Shown in pieces: positions 12,575-22,967 of a stretch of 64,000 nucleotides of DNA. Below the pieces are notes generated by a model that saw nothing but the letters and a program-made list of their open reading frames with translations, was not told the DNA's origin and made no database searches. The position numbers were made by a program, and so were the translations under genes. The DNA comes from Methanomassiliicoccales archaeon (GTDB lineage Archaea; Thermoplasmatota; Thermoplasmata; Methanomassiliicoccales; JAAEEP01). Within the stretch, counting starts at the first letter, position 1. Each line of letters opens with the position of its first letter. The stretch lies in assembly GCA_046540255.1 (NCBI GenBank), contig JBKHFJ010000006.1, positions 6,625 through 70,624 of the forward strand, read 5' to 3'.

Positions 12575-14107
12575 TTGGCTATCTCGATGCGCAGGCCCAA
12601 GAAGTTCCGGGGGGCCAAGGCCACCCCCAAGAAGCTGGAGAGGGAGCTGCTGAAGAACTCCAAGAGGTTGGCAGAGGACCCTTCCCTTCTCCTCCCCAGG
12701 TGCCAGGGGGACTGCAGGAAGTGTGATTTTGAGAAGCTAAGGAAGAAGATGGAGAAGGTGGCCGGTTTCAAGGACGACCCGGAGAAGCTCCAGGCCATGG
12801 CCAGTCGGGGCGATCAGCTGGTGCGGGCCTACGCGGGGACGATCTCCCTCGCCGCCTCCGGGAAGATCCCCTTCCTGGGGACGGCCCGCCTGCCCAGCGG
12901 GGACATCTCCTACGCCGTCCGGGGGAAGGCGGACAAGGAGAAGCTGATCGGCGTCCAGCACTTCGACGACACCGACCTCAGGCTCCTGGCCTTCTATGAC
13001 CTGGCCAGGAAGAAGGACCTGCACCTGTACTCCACGAAGGGCGGTCTGGTGTGCTCCGATCGGGCCCAGGCTCCCCCAGAGTACGTGGAGGAGGCGGTCT
13101 CCCTCATACCCTATGAGCTGGAGAGGGGAAGCTGCGGTCACCGGACGAACGCCACCCTGGTGGTGGAATGGGTCTCCGCCGGCAGGGAGTTCCGGGTGTG
13201 CGAGGACTGCCTGGACGAGGAGGTCAATCTGGCGAGGACCCTGGGGCGCAGGATAGCGGCCAGGGATCCCATGGACGATTTCAGGGTGGACGTGGATCAT
13301 CACTTCGAGTACCCCCTGGGGGAGGATGGCTCCGTGGCCGAGGACTACACTATGGGCGATTCCCTGGCCAAGGAGTACCTGGAGGGGGAGATCAACGACA
13401 CCGTCCTGGTCGACCGGTATCTGGAGAAGAAGCTGGATTACATCAAGGACAGGGGGGAGAAACTGTACGTGGTGGGCAACCACTGCTACGGGGACGACAA
13501 GTCCGCCTTCCTGGAGAGGATCAGGGGGAGCGAGGTGGAGAAGCGGGCCCTGTCCGCCCTGCTCCAGGAGAAGGACATACCTGTCGTCAGCAAGTCCGAT
13601 CAGGCCAGCAAGATCATAGCCGACCTGTGGTCCTCGCACGGTGACAGGCTGATGGGCTACGTGGCCGATCAGGAGGACATCCAGGAGGCGAAGGAGACGG
13701 CGGGCGACGAGGCCCCCGCCACCATCCTCAAGGAGGCCTACCGGATCCACATGAGGAAGAGGATACACGCCGCCCTTCCCTCCTTCACCCACCTGGGGAA
13801 GGTGGGTAAGCTGGCGGACCACCTTGCACGGACCTACAAGACCGAGGGGAAGGAGGCCCTTCTTAGGGCGGTGGAGAAGGGCAGGTCCAGGGGTCATCAG
13901 ATGCGGGCGGTCAACTACGCCTTCCTCTCCGCCATGGGGGAGGCGGACTCCAAGTCGTGGCAGTTCACCGTGGAGGAGAAGGATTTCGGGGGCTACCTTT
14001 CCCAGTTCGCCTCCAGGCTGCTGGAGGCGGAGGGTGACGACTACCAGGACGCCCTCAAGGTGCTGGTGGACGCCAGCGGAGCCATGGAGCAGGTGCGGAC
14101 CAGGTGA
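12575..14107 (+). CDS. Hypothetical 510-aa protein with several Cys motifs
   Basis: Long ORF with native codon usage and an upstream AAAAAGGTTATT promoter-like motif; no family recognised. Confidence 0.75.
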   Translation: MAISMRRPKKFRGAKATPKKLERELLKNSKRLAEDPSLLLPRCQGDCRKCDFEKLRKKMEKVAGFKDDPEKLQAMASRGDQLVRAYAGTISLAASGKIPFLGTARLPSGDISYAVRGKADKEKLIGVQHFDDTDLRLLAFYDLARKKDLHLYSTKGGLVCSDRAQAPPEYVEEAVSLIPYELERGSCGHRTNATLVVEWVSAGREFRVCEDCLDEEVNLARTLGRRIAARDPMDDFRVDVDHHFEYPLGEDGSVAEDYTMGDSLAKEYLEGEINDTVLVDRYLEKKLDYIKDRGEKLYVVGNHCYGDDKSAFLERIRGSEVEKRALSALLQEKDIPVVSKSDQASKIIADLWSSHGDRLMGYVADQEDIQEAKETAGDEAPATILKEAYRIHMRKRIHAALPSFTHLGKVGKLADHLARTYKTEGKEALLRAVEKGRSRGHQMRAVNYAFLSAMGEADSKSWQFTVEEKDFGGYLSQFASRLLEAEGDDYQDALKVLVDASGAMEQVRTR

Positions 14108-14108
14108 G

Positions 14109-15119
14109 CTACTTCCAGATCCGGCAGTCCATCACCATGTGGGAAACCGCCGGGGCGTAGGACTTGATCTCCCGGAGGCTCAGCACCTCCACCCTGTCCG
14201 CGTGCCCCCTCACCGTGTCCACCGGCCCTTCTGGACGGTCCACGGAGCAGGTCTCGTGGTAGTGCAGTACACCGCCGTCCCTCACCAGCTCGATCGCCCT
14301 GGGCAGGTGCAGGTGGGTGGTCCCCACGTATCCCATCACCACCCGGTCCGCCCAGCCGCTGCCACCCAGGTCCCTGTTGTCCCCCGGGAAGACCTCCACC
14401 CGGTCCTCCACTTGGTTCGCCCTGATGTTCCGCTGCAGGTACTCCCTGGCCAGGGGATTGATCTCGCAGGCCACCAACCTTGAGGCCCCTGAATGAACGG
14501 CCAGGGGGAGGGTGAAGTAGCCTATGCCGGCGAACATGTCCACCACCGTCTCTCCACGGCAGTCGAGCTCCCCCATCCGGTGCCGCTCGTCGATGTTCCC
14601 GGAGGAGAACATCACTTTGGACACGTCCATGTGGTACACGATGCCGTTCTCCAGGTGGGCCGTCCTGGTGTCTCCGCCCACCAGCACCTCCATCCGGGGG
14701 AGCCGGTACACCCCGGAGATCCCGCCCAGCTCCCGGCACACCGTCCGGGCCTTGAGTACCCGGCCGTAAGTCCTTGCCACCTCCGTCCGGTAGCCCTCCA
14801 GGCGATCGGGTATGCGGAGGACCAGGACGTCACCCAGCTTCTCCCACTTCCTGGGGAGCAGGGGATTCAGCTCCTCCGGAACCCCTATGGTGGCGAGGAT
14901 CTCATCCATTGGGGAGCGGTGGGGGGACCTGGTCGGTGCCTCCCCATGGATCAACTCCAGACCGAGCTCCCTGGTGCCATGAACCTCCTCCTCCACAAGG
15001 GGGATGAGGACGTGCTCGCCGCTCTCCACCATCCTGCGGTCCCTGCGGACCGCTCCCCGTTCCAGAAGGAGCCTCCTGACCCCCTCGGCCCGGTGCCGGG
15101 GGACTTTGGCCAGCCACAT
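14109..15119 (-). CDS. taw2: Trm5/Taw2 (TYW2)-family tRNA-modifying SAM enzyme
   Basis: WEKLGDV, ENGIVY, FSSGN, DMFAGIGYF, EINP and HYHE motifs. Confidence 0.8.
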   Translation of the reverse strand: MWLAKVPRHRAEGVRRLLLERGAVRRDRRMVESGEHVLIPLVEEEVHGTRELGLELIHGEAPTRSPHRSPMDEILATIGVPEELNPLLPRKWEKLGDVLVLRIPDRLEGYRTEVARTYGRVLKARTVCRELGGISGVYRLPRMEVLVGGDTRTAHLENGIVYHMDVSKVMFSSGNIDERHRMGELDCRGETVVDMFAGIGYFTLPLAVHSGASRLVACEINPLAREYLQRNIRANQVEDRVEVFPGDNRDLGGSGWADRVVMGYVGTTHLHLPRAIELVRDGGVLHYHETCSVDRPEGPVDTVRGHADRVEVLSLREIKSYAPAVSHMVMDCRIWK

Positions 15120-15131
15120 CGAGCTACCACC

Positions 15132-16316
15132 TCATCCGCTTCCCCCCTTCCCCCGTTCCAGGAAGGAGCCAAGCACCTGGGGGGAGAACCGGAGCAGGGA
15201 GGGCGCCGCCCTTAGCACCCGGGGGACCAGCTGGCTGGGGCGGTCTATGTCCCCTCCGGACAGCAGCTCCCGCACGCTGTCCTTCCGAAGGGCCCTTCCC
15301 AGCTCATCCAGCTTACTATCGCTCATCCGGAGGAACATCCTCCTCAGCCTGTACCCCCGGTCCAGCTCCCTGCCCAACTTCCCCCTCCATCTCTCCTGGT
15401 ACCTGGAGAGCATCTCCTCATCGAAACGCCCCTCTTCCTGCGCCTCGATTACGGTGGAGGCGGCGCATTCTGCGGCCACCAGCCCGGTGTACAGTCCGCC
15501 CCCGGATATCGGCTTGATCTGTCCCGCCGCGTCCCCCGCCAGCAGGACCCGGTGGCCGTAGGTACGGTCCAGGGTCCCGATGGGGATCACCCCGGAGTAG
15601 TTCGCCCTCCTCCGGGCGTCCGCCAGCCCCCTTTTCCTGAGGAAGCGGCGCAGGTAGGGGCTGGGGCGTCCGTACTCGGAAGAGACGCACAGTCCCACCC
15701 TGGTGAAGTCCCCGCAGGGGATGATCCAGGCGAAGAATCCCGGGGCCACCTCCCTTCCCAGGTGCACCTCGACGGATTCCTGGTCCTCCATGCCCACCTC
15801 CAGGTCCACCTGGATCCCCCTCACGATCTCCCGGGCCTTGCCCAGCCCGCTGGACCTGGCCACCCTGGACCTGTGCCCGTCGGCCCCTACCACCATGTCC
15901 GCACGCATAAGCTCCCCTCCACCGGGGGCTTGGACCCGCGCTAGGACCCCGTCGGACCGGTCCATCCCCAGGAACCGGTGCCCGGGAAGAATGGTGGCCC
16001 CCCGGTCCACCGCCCGCCGGTGGCAGCCCAGATCGAAGAGCCTGCGGTCGACCACCACCGCCTTGGTCTCCTCGGACTCCAGATCCAGCCGGGTGCCCCC
16101 GGGGAAGTGGATCCTGGCCCCCCGCAGCCGGTTGAGGACGCTGTCCTCCGTACCGGTCAGATCGATCACTCTGGGGGTGACCAGGCCGGCGCACTGGGTG
16201 GGAATCCCCACCCTCCGATGCTCCTCCAGGACCAGCGTGTCCATCTCGCCCGCGGTACGGGCGGCCACCATGCAGCCGATGGGACCCCCGCCCACCACCA
16301 GGAGGTCAGTGGACAT
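15132..16316 (-). CDS. Geranylgeranyl reductase family flavoprotein
   Basis: VVGGGPIG, CAGLV, GADG, FFAWIIP and GDAAGQIKPISGGG motifs. Confidence 0.88.
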   Translation of the reverse strand: MSTDLLVVGGGPIGCMVAARTAGEMDTLVLEEHRRVGIPTQCAGLVTPRVIDLTGTEDSVLNRLRGARIHFPGGTRLDLESEETKAVVVDRRLFDLGCHRRAVDRGATILPGHRFLGMDRSDGVLARVQAPGGGELMRADMVVGADGHRSRVARSSGLGKAREIVRGIQVDLEVGMEDQESVEVHLGREVAPGFFAWIIPCGDFTRVGLCVSSEYGRPSPYLRRFLRKRGLADARRRANYSGVIPIGTLDRTYGHRVLLAGDAAGQIKPISGGGLYTGLVAAECAASTVIEAQEEGRFDEEMLSRYQERWRGKLGRELDRGYRLRRMFLRMSDSKLDELGRALRKDSVRELLSGGDIDRPSQLVPRVLRAAPSLLRFSPQVLGSFLERGKGGSG

Positions 16317-16353
16317 GATTATGGGCAACCCGCCAGGGGTATTTGTCAATTTC

Positions 16354-17913
16354 TCACCCCTTCAGCCGCCCCTTGGTCCTGAACTGCTCCCGGTACAGCC
16401 TCCTCAGCTCCTCCAGCGTACCGGCCTGCTCCGGTCCCAGGTCCTCCCTGATGGACCTGATCCTGGCGAACCTCAGGGCCAGCCCCGAGGGGTAGTGGGG
16501 GCTCTCCTGGATCTCGTCAAAGAGCACCTCCACCACCACCTCCGGTCTCACCTCGACCACCCTATCCTCCCCGATCTTGATCCCCAGCAACCTCTCCGTC
16601 ATCCACTGGAACTCCTGGTCGCTAAGCCCCTTGTAGGTCTTGCCCACCGGGGCGAGACCCCCGTCGGTCACCGCGGCCAGATGGTAGTCGCTCAGCCACC
16701 CCCGCCGCCGCCCGTGGCCCCACTCCGCCGCCACTATCACCAGGTCCAGCGTGTAGCTCCTCTTGACCTTCAGCCACCGCCCGCCCCTCTTCCCGGCGGT
16801 GTAGATGCCATCCAGGTCCTTGACCATCACTCCCTCGTGCCCGCCTTCCAGGGCCCTCTGGAAGATATCCTCGGCCTCCTCCACCTCGTCGGTCAGCGTC
16901 CTGGGTACCAGGTATCCGGAGGGGACGGTGCTCTCCAGCAGGGCCCACCTCTCCCGGTAGGGAAGGTCCATCACGCTCCTCCTCCCCCTGACCAGGACAT
17001 CGAAGAGGAACAGGCGCACCGGGACCCTCTCCATGGACTCCTCCACGTCGTGCACCCGGAATCTCCTCATGAGGTCCTGGAAGGGGAGCGGTCTCCCCCT
17101 GAAGGCTATGACCTCGCCCTCCAGCACCACCCCGTCCTCCTCCAGATCCTCCCTCATCATGGACACCACTTCGGGCAGGGCTTGGGTGATCTCGGTCATC
17201 CTTCGGCTGTACAACCTCACATCATCGCCCTGCCTGTGCACCTGGACCCGGATCCCGTCCAGCTTGAACTCCACCCCCGCCTCGCCCATGGGGGAGAGGG
17301 CCTCCTGGACCGAGGAGGCCACCTCGGCCAGCATGGGCTGGATGGGGGTGAATATGGCCGCCTCCATGTCATCGACCGATCCCTGGACGATCGCCGCCCT
17401 GGCCACCTCTCCCAGGTCCCCGGTGACCATGAACGCGTTCCTGATCCCGTCCAGCGGTATGCCGGAAGCCTCTGATATGCCCTCCAGCATCATCCCCTCG
17501 TTCACCCCGATGCGCATCTCCCCGAACAGGGAGCGCATCAGGTACCGCCTCTCCAGATCGGACATCCGGCCGAGCAGGTTCTGCAGCAGCCTCTCCTTCT
17601 TCCGGCGGGAACCGGATCCGGTGGCACGGGCCACCTTCCTGAGCAGGGGAAGGACCTCCGGCAGGGTGACCTCCTCCTCGAAGAGCAGTGTCTGGCCCTC
17701 CTTCCAAAGTCTACCCAGGGCGGCGTCGCCCACTTCCAGTGGGCCTTCCTTCCTGGGAAGGGGGCGGCCGAGCATGATGCCCACCGCCGTGCCCAGCTCT
17801 TCCTCCTCAAGATGCCGCAGGAAGCCGGAGAGGATCCCCACCTTCTCCTTCCTGCCGGTGGTCGATTCCAGTCGCTGACATATGTTGGCGAGGTCCAGGA
17901 AGGGAGTGGTCAC
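16354..17913 (-). CDS. lig: ATP-dependent DNA ligase
   Basis: PMLA, EFKLDG motif I, LEGE, LFLFD, EGVMVK, WLKVK and LRFAR. Confidence 0.93.
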   Translation of the reverse strand: MTTPFLDLANICQRLESTTGRKEKVGILSGFLRHLEEEELGTAVGIMLGRPLPRKEGPLEVGDAALGRLWKEGQTLLFEEEVTLPEVLPLLRKVARATGSGSRRKKERLLQNLLGRMSDLERRYLMRSLFGEMRIGVNEGMMLEGISEASGIPLDGIRNAFMVTGDLGEVARAAIVQGSVDDMEAAIFTPIQPMLAEVASSVQEALSPMGEAGVEFKLDGIRVQVHRQGDDVRLYSRRMTEITQALPEVVSMMREDLEEDGVVLEGEVIAFRGRPLPFQDLMRRFRVHDVEESMERVPVRLFLFDVLVRGRRSVMDLPYRERWALLESTVPSGYLVPRTLTDEVEEAEDIFQRALEGGHEGVMVKDLDGIYTAGKRGGRWLKVKRSYTLDLVIVAAEWGHGRRRGWLSDYHLAAVTDGGLAPVGKTYKGLSDQEFQWMTERLLGIKIGEDRVVEVRPEVVVEVLFDEIQESPHYPSGLALRFARIRSIREDLGPEQAGTLEELRRLYREQFRTKGRLKG

Positions 17914-17940
17914 GGGTAAGGGGAGGTAGGTGGGTGGGGT

Positions 17941-18597
17941 TTAACCTTTCGAGCCATCCCTCACATTCTCCCAGTCCTTCAGGAATCGCTCGATGCCGTC
18001 GTCGGTGAGCGGATGCTTGAACATCTTCTTCAGCACCGCATGGGGCACGGTGGCGATGTGGGCCCCCATCTCCGCCGCCTCCAGGACGTGCTGGGGATGG
18101 CGGATGCTGGCCACGATTACCTCGGCGTCGAAGCCGTAGTTGTCGATGATCTCCAGTATGCTGGAGACCACGCCCATCCCCCAGTGGCCGATGTCATCCA
18201 GCCGGCCCACGAAGGGGGAGACGAAGGAGGCCCCGGCCTTGCAGGACAGCAGGGCCTGGTTGGGCGAGAAGACCAGGGTCTGGTTGACCTCGATGCCCTC
18301 GTCGGAGAGGATCTTGGTGGCCTTCAGACCCTCCTCGGTCATGGGAACCTTCACGTTGATGTTGGGGTGGATGGCGGAGAGCTCCCGCCCCTCTCTCACC
18401 ATGCCCTCGGCGTCCAGGCTCACCGCCTCCGCGCTGATCGGTCCGTCCACTATCCGGCAGATCTCCCTCACCAGCTCACGGAAGTCCATGTCCTCCTTGG
18501 ACACCAGGGAGGGGTTGGTGGTCACCCCGTCCAGGATTCCCCAGTCGTTCACCTCTCTGATCTGCTCCAGGTTCGCGGTGTCTATGAATACCTTCAT
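17941..18597 (-). CDS. tal: Transaldolase (short TalC/Fsa type)
   Basis: [18 protein letters not shown] Schiff-base Lys, NQTLVF and SPFVGRLDD. Confidence 0.92.
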   Translation of the reverse strand: MKVFIDTANLEQIREVNDWGILDGVTTNPSLVSKEDMDFRELVREICRIVDGPISAEAVSLDAEGMVREGRELSAIHPNINVKVPMTEEGLKATKILSDEGIEVNQTLVFSPNQALLSCKAGASFVSPFVGRLDDIGHWGMGVVSSILEIIDNYGFDAEVIVASIRHPQHVLEAAEMGAHIATVPHAVLKKMFKHPLTDDGIERFLKDWENVRDGSKG

Positions 18598-18599
18598 GC

Positions 18600-19541
18600 T
18601 TACCTTCTCCTGATCACGTCCTTGGCGGCGGCCATCACCTCGTGCTTGGTCAGACCGTACTTGATCATGAGCTCATGGCTCTCCCCGGACTCACCGAACC
18701 TGTCCGGGATGCCCACCCTCCTCATGGGCACGCACTCGTTCTCCACCAGGTAGGAGGCCACCGCGCTGCCCAGTCCGGTCAGGTAGTTGTGCTCCTCCGC
18801 GGTGACCACCCCCCCGGTCTTCTCGGCCGCATGGGAGAGGGCTCCCTCGTCCAGTGGTTTGATGGTGCTCATGTTGAGCACCTCGGCGGAGATCCCCTCC
18901 CTGTCCAGCTCCTCGGCCGCCTCCAGGCAGGCGGCCACCATCTGGCCGCAGCCCACCAGGGCGATGTCCGACCCCTCCCTCACGGTGGTTGCCTCTCCGA
19001 TGTGGAAGGGGTCCTCCTCCCGGGTGACCACCGGGAAGTCCACCCTGCCCAGCCGGACGTAGCAGGGTCCGGGCCAATCCGGAAGGGCTTTGACGGTCTT
19101 GTAGGTCTCCGGGGCGTCCGCGGGGACCACCACGGTCATGTTGGGAAGGGTCCTCATCAGCGCGATGTCCTCGGCGATCTGGTGGGAGGCCCCGTCCCCG
19201 CCCACGGTGATGCCGGCGTGGGAGGCCACGATCTTGACCCCGAATTCGGGGTAGGCGATGGACTGCCTCACCTGGTCCCAGCATCTCCCGGTGGCGAAGA
19301 CGGCGAAGGTGGAGGCGAAGACCAGCTTGCCGGAGGCCGCCAGCCCGGCGGCGGTCCCCATCATGTTCTGCTCGGCGATGCCACAGTTGAAGAATCGGGA
19401 GGGGTACTCCGCCTTGAACTTGGCGGTCTGCGTGGAACCGGACAGGTCGCCGTCCAGCACCACCATCTCCGGGTGCTCCTCTCCCAGCTCCAGCAGTGCC
19501 CGTGCATACTCCTTCCTCTGTGCGGCGTACTCCCAGCTCAT
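18600..19541 (-). CDS. tktC: Transketolase, C-terminal (pyrimidine-binding) subunit
   Basis: GIAEQNM, GDGASHQ, YVRLGR, TIKPLD and EEHN; ATG at 19541 overlaps the upstream stop. Confidence 0.92.
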   Translation of the reverse strand: MSWEYAAQRKEYARALLELGEEHPEMVVLDGDLSGSTQTAKFKAEYPSRFFNCGIAEQNMMGTAAGLAASGKLVFASTFAVFATGRCWDQVRQSIAYPEFGVKIVASHAGITVGGDGASHQIAEDIALMRTLPNMTVVVPADAPETYKTVKALPDWPGPCYVRLGRVDFPVVTREEDPFHIGEATTVREGSDIALVGCGQMVAACLEAAEELDREGISAEVLNMSTIKPLDEGALSHAAEKTGGVVTAEEHNYLTGLGSAVASYLVENECVPMRRVGIPDRFGESGESHELMIKYGLTKHEVMAAAKDVIRRR

Positions 19542-20374
19542 GCTTTCCCCTCCAGCTGGTTGAGGCCGATCTCCAGCTCCTCTGAGTCGGGCGCCTTCCC
19601 GTGGAACTTCAAAGACCCCTCCATGTAGGAGACCCCCTTCCCCTTCACCGTGGTGGCGATGATGACCGTGGGCCTCCCCCGGGTCTGACCGGCCCTGGTG
19701 CAAGCGCTGAGTATCTCCCGCATGTTGTGGCCGTTGATGTCGATGACGTTCCACCCGAAGCCCCGCCATTTCTCCTCCAGGGGCTCGGAGGACATCACCT
19801 CGTTGGTGGGACCGTCGATCTGCAGCCCGTTCTTGTCCACGAAGGCGGTGACGTTGTCCAGACGGTAGTGGGCCCCCAGCATGGCCGCCTCCCAGATCTG
19901 ACCGCTCTCCATCTCTCCATCACCGCAGAGGCAGAAGATCCGGTGGGACTCCCCGTTCAGCTTAGCGGCGAGGGCCATGCCGTTGGCCACGCTCAGACCC
20001 TGGCCCAGCGATCCGGTGGACATCTCCACCCCAGGCGTCCTCGACCTGGAGGGGTGTCCCTGCAACCTGCTCCCCAATTTCCTCAAGGTGAGCAGCTCGC
20101 TCACCGGGAAGTAGCCGCTCTCTGCCAGGGCGGCGTAGTAGGCCGGGGCGGCGTGACCCTTGGAGAGGACCAACCTGTCCCTCTCCGGCCATCCGGGGTC
20201 CTGTGGCCGGTGGTTCATCACCTTGAAGTAGAGGGCGGTCAGAACATCGGCGCAGGAGAGGGAACCACCGGGATGCCCGGACCCGGCGGCATGGGTCATC
20301 CGCAGCACGTGCTTCCTGATCTCGTTGGCGGTCCTCTCAAGTTCGGCTATCTCGTCATCCGTGTAGTCGACCAC
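19538..20374 (-). CDS. tktN: Transketolase, N-terminal (ThDP-binding) subunit
   Basis: GHPGGSLS, LSKGHA, LQGHP, TGSLGQG and GDGE...N ThDP motif. Confidence 0.93.
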   Translation of the reverse strand: MVDYTDDEIAELERTANEIRKHVLRMTHAAGSGHPGGSLSCADVLTALYFKVMNHRPQDPGWPERDRLVLSKGHAAPAYYAALAESGYFPVSELLTLRKLGSRLQGHPSRSRTPGVEMSTGSLGQGLSVANGMALAAKLNGESHRIFCLCGDGEMESGQIWEAAMLGAHYRLDNVTAFVDKNGLQIDGPTNEVMSSEPLEEKWRGFGWNVIDINGHNMREILSACTRAGQTRGRPTVIIATTVKGKGVSYMEGSLKFHGKAPDSEELEIGLNQLEGKA

Positions 20375-20484
20375 AATGCCACACCTCGTTGGAATGGGAA
20401 GGGATTCGTGGAGTAATATGGGGAAGGGTAAAAAGCCTTTTTAGATTTGGGGGGCAGGAACCCTTCCGATCCCGGATCCTGAAC

Positions 20485-21222
20485 TCAATCGCTCTCGATC
20501 CTGGGCGCGAGCAGGTAGGTGACATTCCCCGCATCGTCCGCTATGGAGAAGTGCATCTTCACCGGGTAATCACTGCCAAGGGTGATCCGCACGGCCGTGC
20601 CCGAGGGGATCGCCTTGATCATGTTGGAGAAGTAGTCCAGCGGGAACAGGCTCCTCACGGGTTCGTCCACCTGGTGGGAGAGGAGCTCCCCCTTTTCCAG
20701 CTTGAGACTGACCGAGTCGGTGTCCCCCTCTGAGAACATCTCGAATCCGTCCTCGTTTGAGGTGAGGGCTATGTGGTCGGAGACGCTCTCCGCCGCCCTT
20801 ATTCCCCTCTGCAGTTCCTCCGCCTTCACCGATATGTCGGCTGGCAGATCCAGGTTGGGGACCTTCGGATCGGACATCCCGGTGGTGTCCACCAGGTTCA
20901 TCCTCCTGGAGACGTTCCCCACGTTCAGGATGAGCCGGTTCCTTTCCTCGTCCTGCTCTATGTCGATGATGTCCCCGCTCCGGGCCAGGCGCAACACCTC
21001 CTTGATCTTGTCCAGATCGATTCCCAGCTCGCTCTCTTCCGCCTCGAACTCCTCGAAGGCCTCCTTCCCGATCTCCAGGTCGACCATCGCCACGTGGGCG
21101 GGATCCACGGCCTTCAGCGAAAAACCTTCAGGAGTGATGTTGAACTTGGCCTCATCGACGAGGGTGGAGACCACATCGACAATGTCCTTTAATGTATCAG
21201 ATTTTATCTTAGCATGGAACAT
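20485..21222 (-). CDS. pcn: PCNA sliding clamp
   Basis: AVDPAHVAMV, SLFPLDYF, DYPVK and LLAPRIE. Confidence 0.95.
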   Translation of the reverse strand: MFHAKIKSDTLKDIVDVVSTLVDEAKFNITPEGFSLKAVDPAHVAMVDLEIGKEAFEEFEAEESELGIDLDKIKEVLRLARSGDIIDIEQDEERNRLILNVGNVSRRMNLVDTTGMSDPKVPNLDLPADISVKAEELQRGIRAAESVSDHIALTSNEDGFEMFSEGDTDSVSLKLEKGELLSHQVDEPVRSLFPLDYFSNMIKAIPSGTAVRITLGSDYPVKMHFSIADDAGNVTYLLAPRIESD

Positions 21223-21285
21223 CGATTAACCCCTCCTCCCTAAGGGAATCACCGGTAATAAAGCTTCCTTAGCCGCCTGGGTGGG

Positions 21286-21585
21286 CTAGTATTCCCTCCA
21301 TGAGTGGCCGCATTCGGTGCAGCGGTATATCCGGGTCTCCGGCTCGTCGGCGGCCCGGGTCTGCCTGATGACCCAGAAAGCCTCGTTGTGCCCGCACTTG
21401 GGGCACTCCACCTTGGTCTTGGGGAGGGTGGGGGCGTTGGAATCGATCACCACCATCTCCTTCTCCCGGGTCTTGGTGAGAAAGGTCTGGTTGTCGCCGC
21501 TGCTCTCCCGCTCAAAATCGCACCGACTGCATTTGAAGAGACCCTCCTTGGGGAACATCAGTGAACCGCACTTTGGACAGAACAT
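21286..21585 (-). CDS. tfs: Transcription factor S
   Basis: Two zinc ribbons, QTRAADEP acidic hairpin and WREY terminus. Confidence 0.95.
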   Translation of the reverse strand: MFCPKCGSLMFPKEGLFKCSRCDFERESSGDNQTFLTKTREKEMVVIDSNAPTLPKTKVECPKCGHNEAFWVIRQTRAADEPETRIYRCTECGHSWREY

Positions 21586-21659
21586 CTCCCTCTCCTATTT
21601 CGCCGCTAAAAAGATGTTAATATAAAACCCTTTTGAACCAACCACCCCGGTTCTCGGGT

Positions 21660-22790
21660 TCAGATGAACTCCCAATCGCCCTGGCCCGACCCCTCGTCCA
21701 TGCCCTGCTTCTCCAACATCCTGCTGGAGAAGGGGAGATGCCCCTCCCGGCGTCCCTCGCCCTTCTCCGGGGCGGAGGTCGCCTCCTCTTCATTCTCTCC
21801 GCCGGGGAAGGAGTTGTGATCCTGGGCATCCTTCCGCTGTCGCCTGGGGAAGGAAATGTGCGTGCCGCCACCTTTGCGCTGCCGCCTCTTGGTGAGGGGG
21901 AGGGCACGGCCCCTGGGCTTGTGCTTCTTCTCCACCCTCTTCTGGTTCTCGGCCATGTGCTGGGCGGTCTGCTTGAGGAGCCTCCTCTCGTAGGGGGTCA
22001 TCTCGGACTCCTCCTCGTACCGGCGGGCGGGCCTCACCGGGGTCTCGTACCCCTCGTCCATCTGAGCCTTCCCTCCCACGGGGGTCATCTCCTCGAAACT
22101 CATCGGACGCGGTCTGGACCTCCTTCCGGAGGGGATGAACTGGGATGGCCAGAAGGGAGGGGAGGCTTCCTGGGGGGATTGATTGCCTTCGACCACGACG
22201 GTGGTCTTGGGACCACCCGTCCGAGAGACGAAATCCATCTCCCTCCTGGCCTGGTCAGAGAGAATGCCTCCGACATACGCGAAGGCAACGGTGATTATGT
22301 AGCTGTCCAACCTGAGGGATGTGGTGGCCTGGATGGCCTCGAGGAACGACTGGAAGTACATCAGGGAGAAGTTCACGTAGGGCTCCACGAGGGGAATGTT
22401 GCTGGCTATCAGGGCCATGATAGAATTGGGATCGAGATCGATCCCGAAGAGCCGGGTGGGGATGTATCCCGCCTCCACCAGTCCTATGAAGGAGAAGATG
22501 ACGATCACCGGGATCATGGCGGCGGCCACCCCCTTCCAGGGGCTGCCGGCCCTTCTGCCCCCGACGTAGCCGGCTATCATCTGGCCAAAGATGGGAAGCC
22601 ACCACAGCATGAGTGAGAGGATGAAGGTGTACTTGACCGCGCTCCAGAAGCTGTAGGCCACCTTGGCGTCCTTGAGCCGCTTCCCCTCGTCATCCTCGTA
22701 GAAATCCGGGACTCTGTAGACCCCTCGATGGATGAGGGAGTTAGTGACCTGATCCTTATCTGAGCCCCTTCTTCGAAGTAGCACACCCAT
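21660..22790 (-). CDS. Hypothetical membrane protein with disordered C-terminal tail
   Basis: About 4 hydrophobic segments in the N-terminal half followed by a charged low-complexity tail; upstream BRE/TATA. Confidence 0.7.
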   Translation of the reverse strand: MGVLLRRRGSDKDQVTNSLIHRGVYRVPDFYEDDEGKRLKDAKVAYSFWSAVKYTFILSLMLWWLPIFGQMIAGYVGGRRAGSPWKGVAAAMIPVIVIFSFIGLVEAGYIPTRLFGIDLDPNSIMALIASNIPLVEPYVNFSLMYFQSFLEAIQATTSLRLDSYIITVAFAYVGGILSDQARREMDFVSRTGGPKTTVVVEGNQSPQEASPPFWPSQFIPSGRRSRPRPMSFEEMTPVGGKAQMDEGYETPVRPARRYEEESEMTPYERRLLKQTAQHMAENQKRVEKKHKPRGRALPLTKRRQRKGGGTHISFPRRQRKDAQDHNSFPGGENEEEATSAPEKGEGRREGHLPFSSRMLEKQGMDEGSGQGDWEFI

Positions 22791-22797
22791 CCCTTCG

Positions 22798-22852
22798 GTC
22801 GGACGTAATGTCCGACAGGTCTCTATGAGGACGATAGTATAAATACCTTTTT
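22798..22852 (-). promoter_or_regulatory. BRE/TATA plus perfect inverted repeat at the predicted start site
   Basis: Minus-strand AAAAAGGTATTTATA (22838-22852) and GTCGGAC-N5-GTCCGAC (22798-22816). Confidence 0.55.
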
Positions 22853-22967
22853 CGAAGGCTGGTGGGAGGTAGAATAGCCCTTTCCCCTGGCACGATTCAG
22901 TCCGCGGGCCGCAGGAAACGCACCTGTCTGACGATCACCTCGGGAAGTAGTAGAGGAGGCCGCACTC

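Noticed and set aside
21840-22095. Short repeated peptide motifs (RRQRK twice, EMTP twice) in the membrane protein tail
   Set aside because: Consistent with ordinary low-complexity disordered sequence rather than a repeat element.
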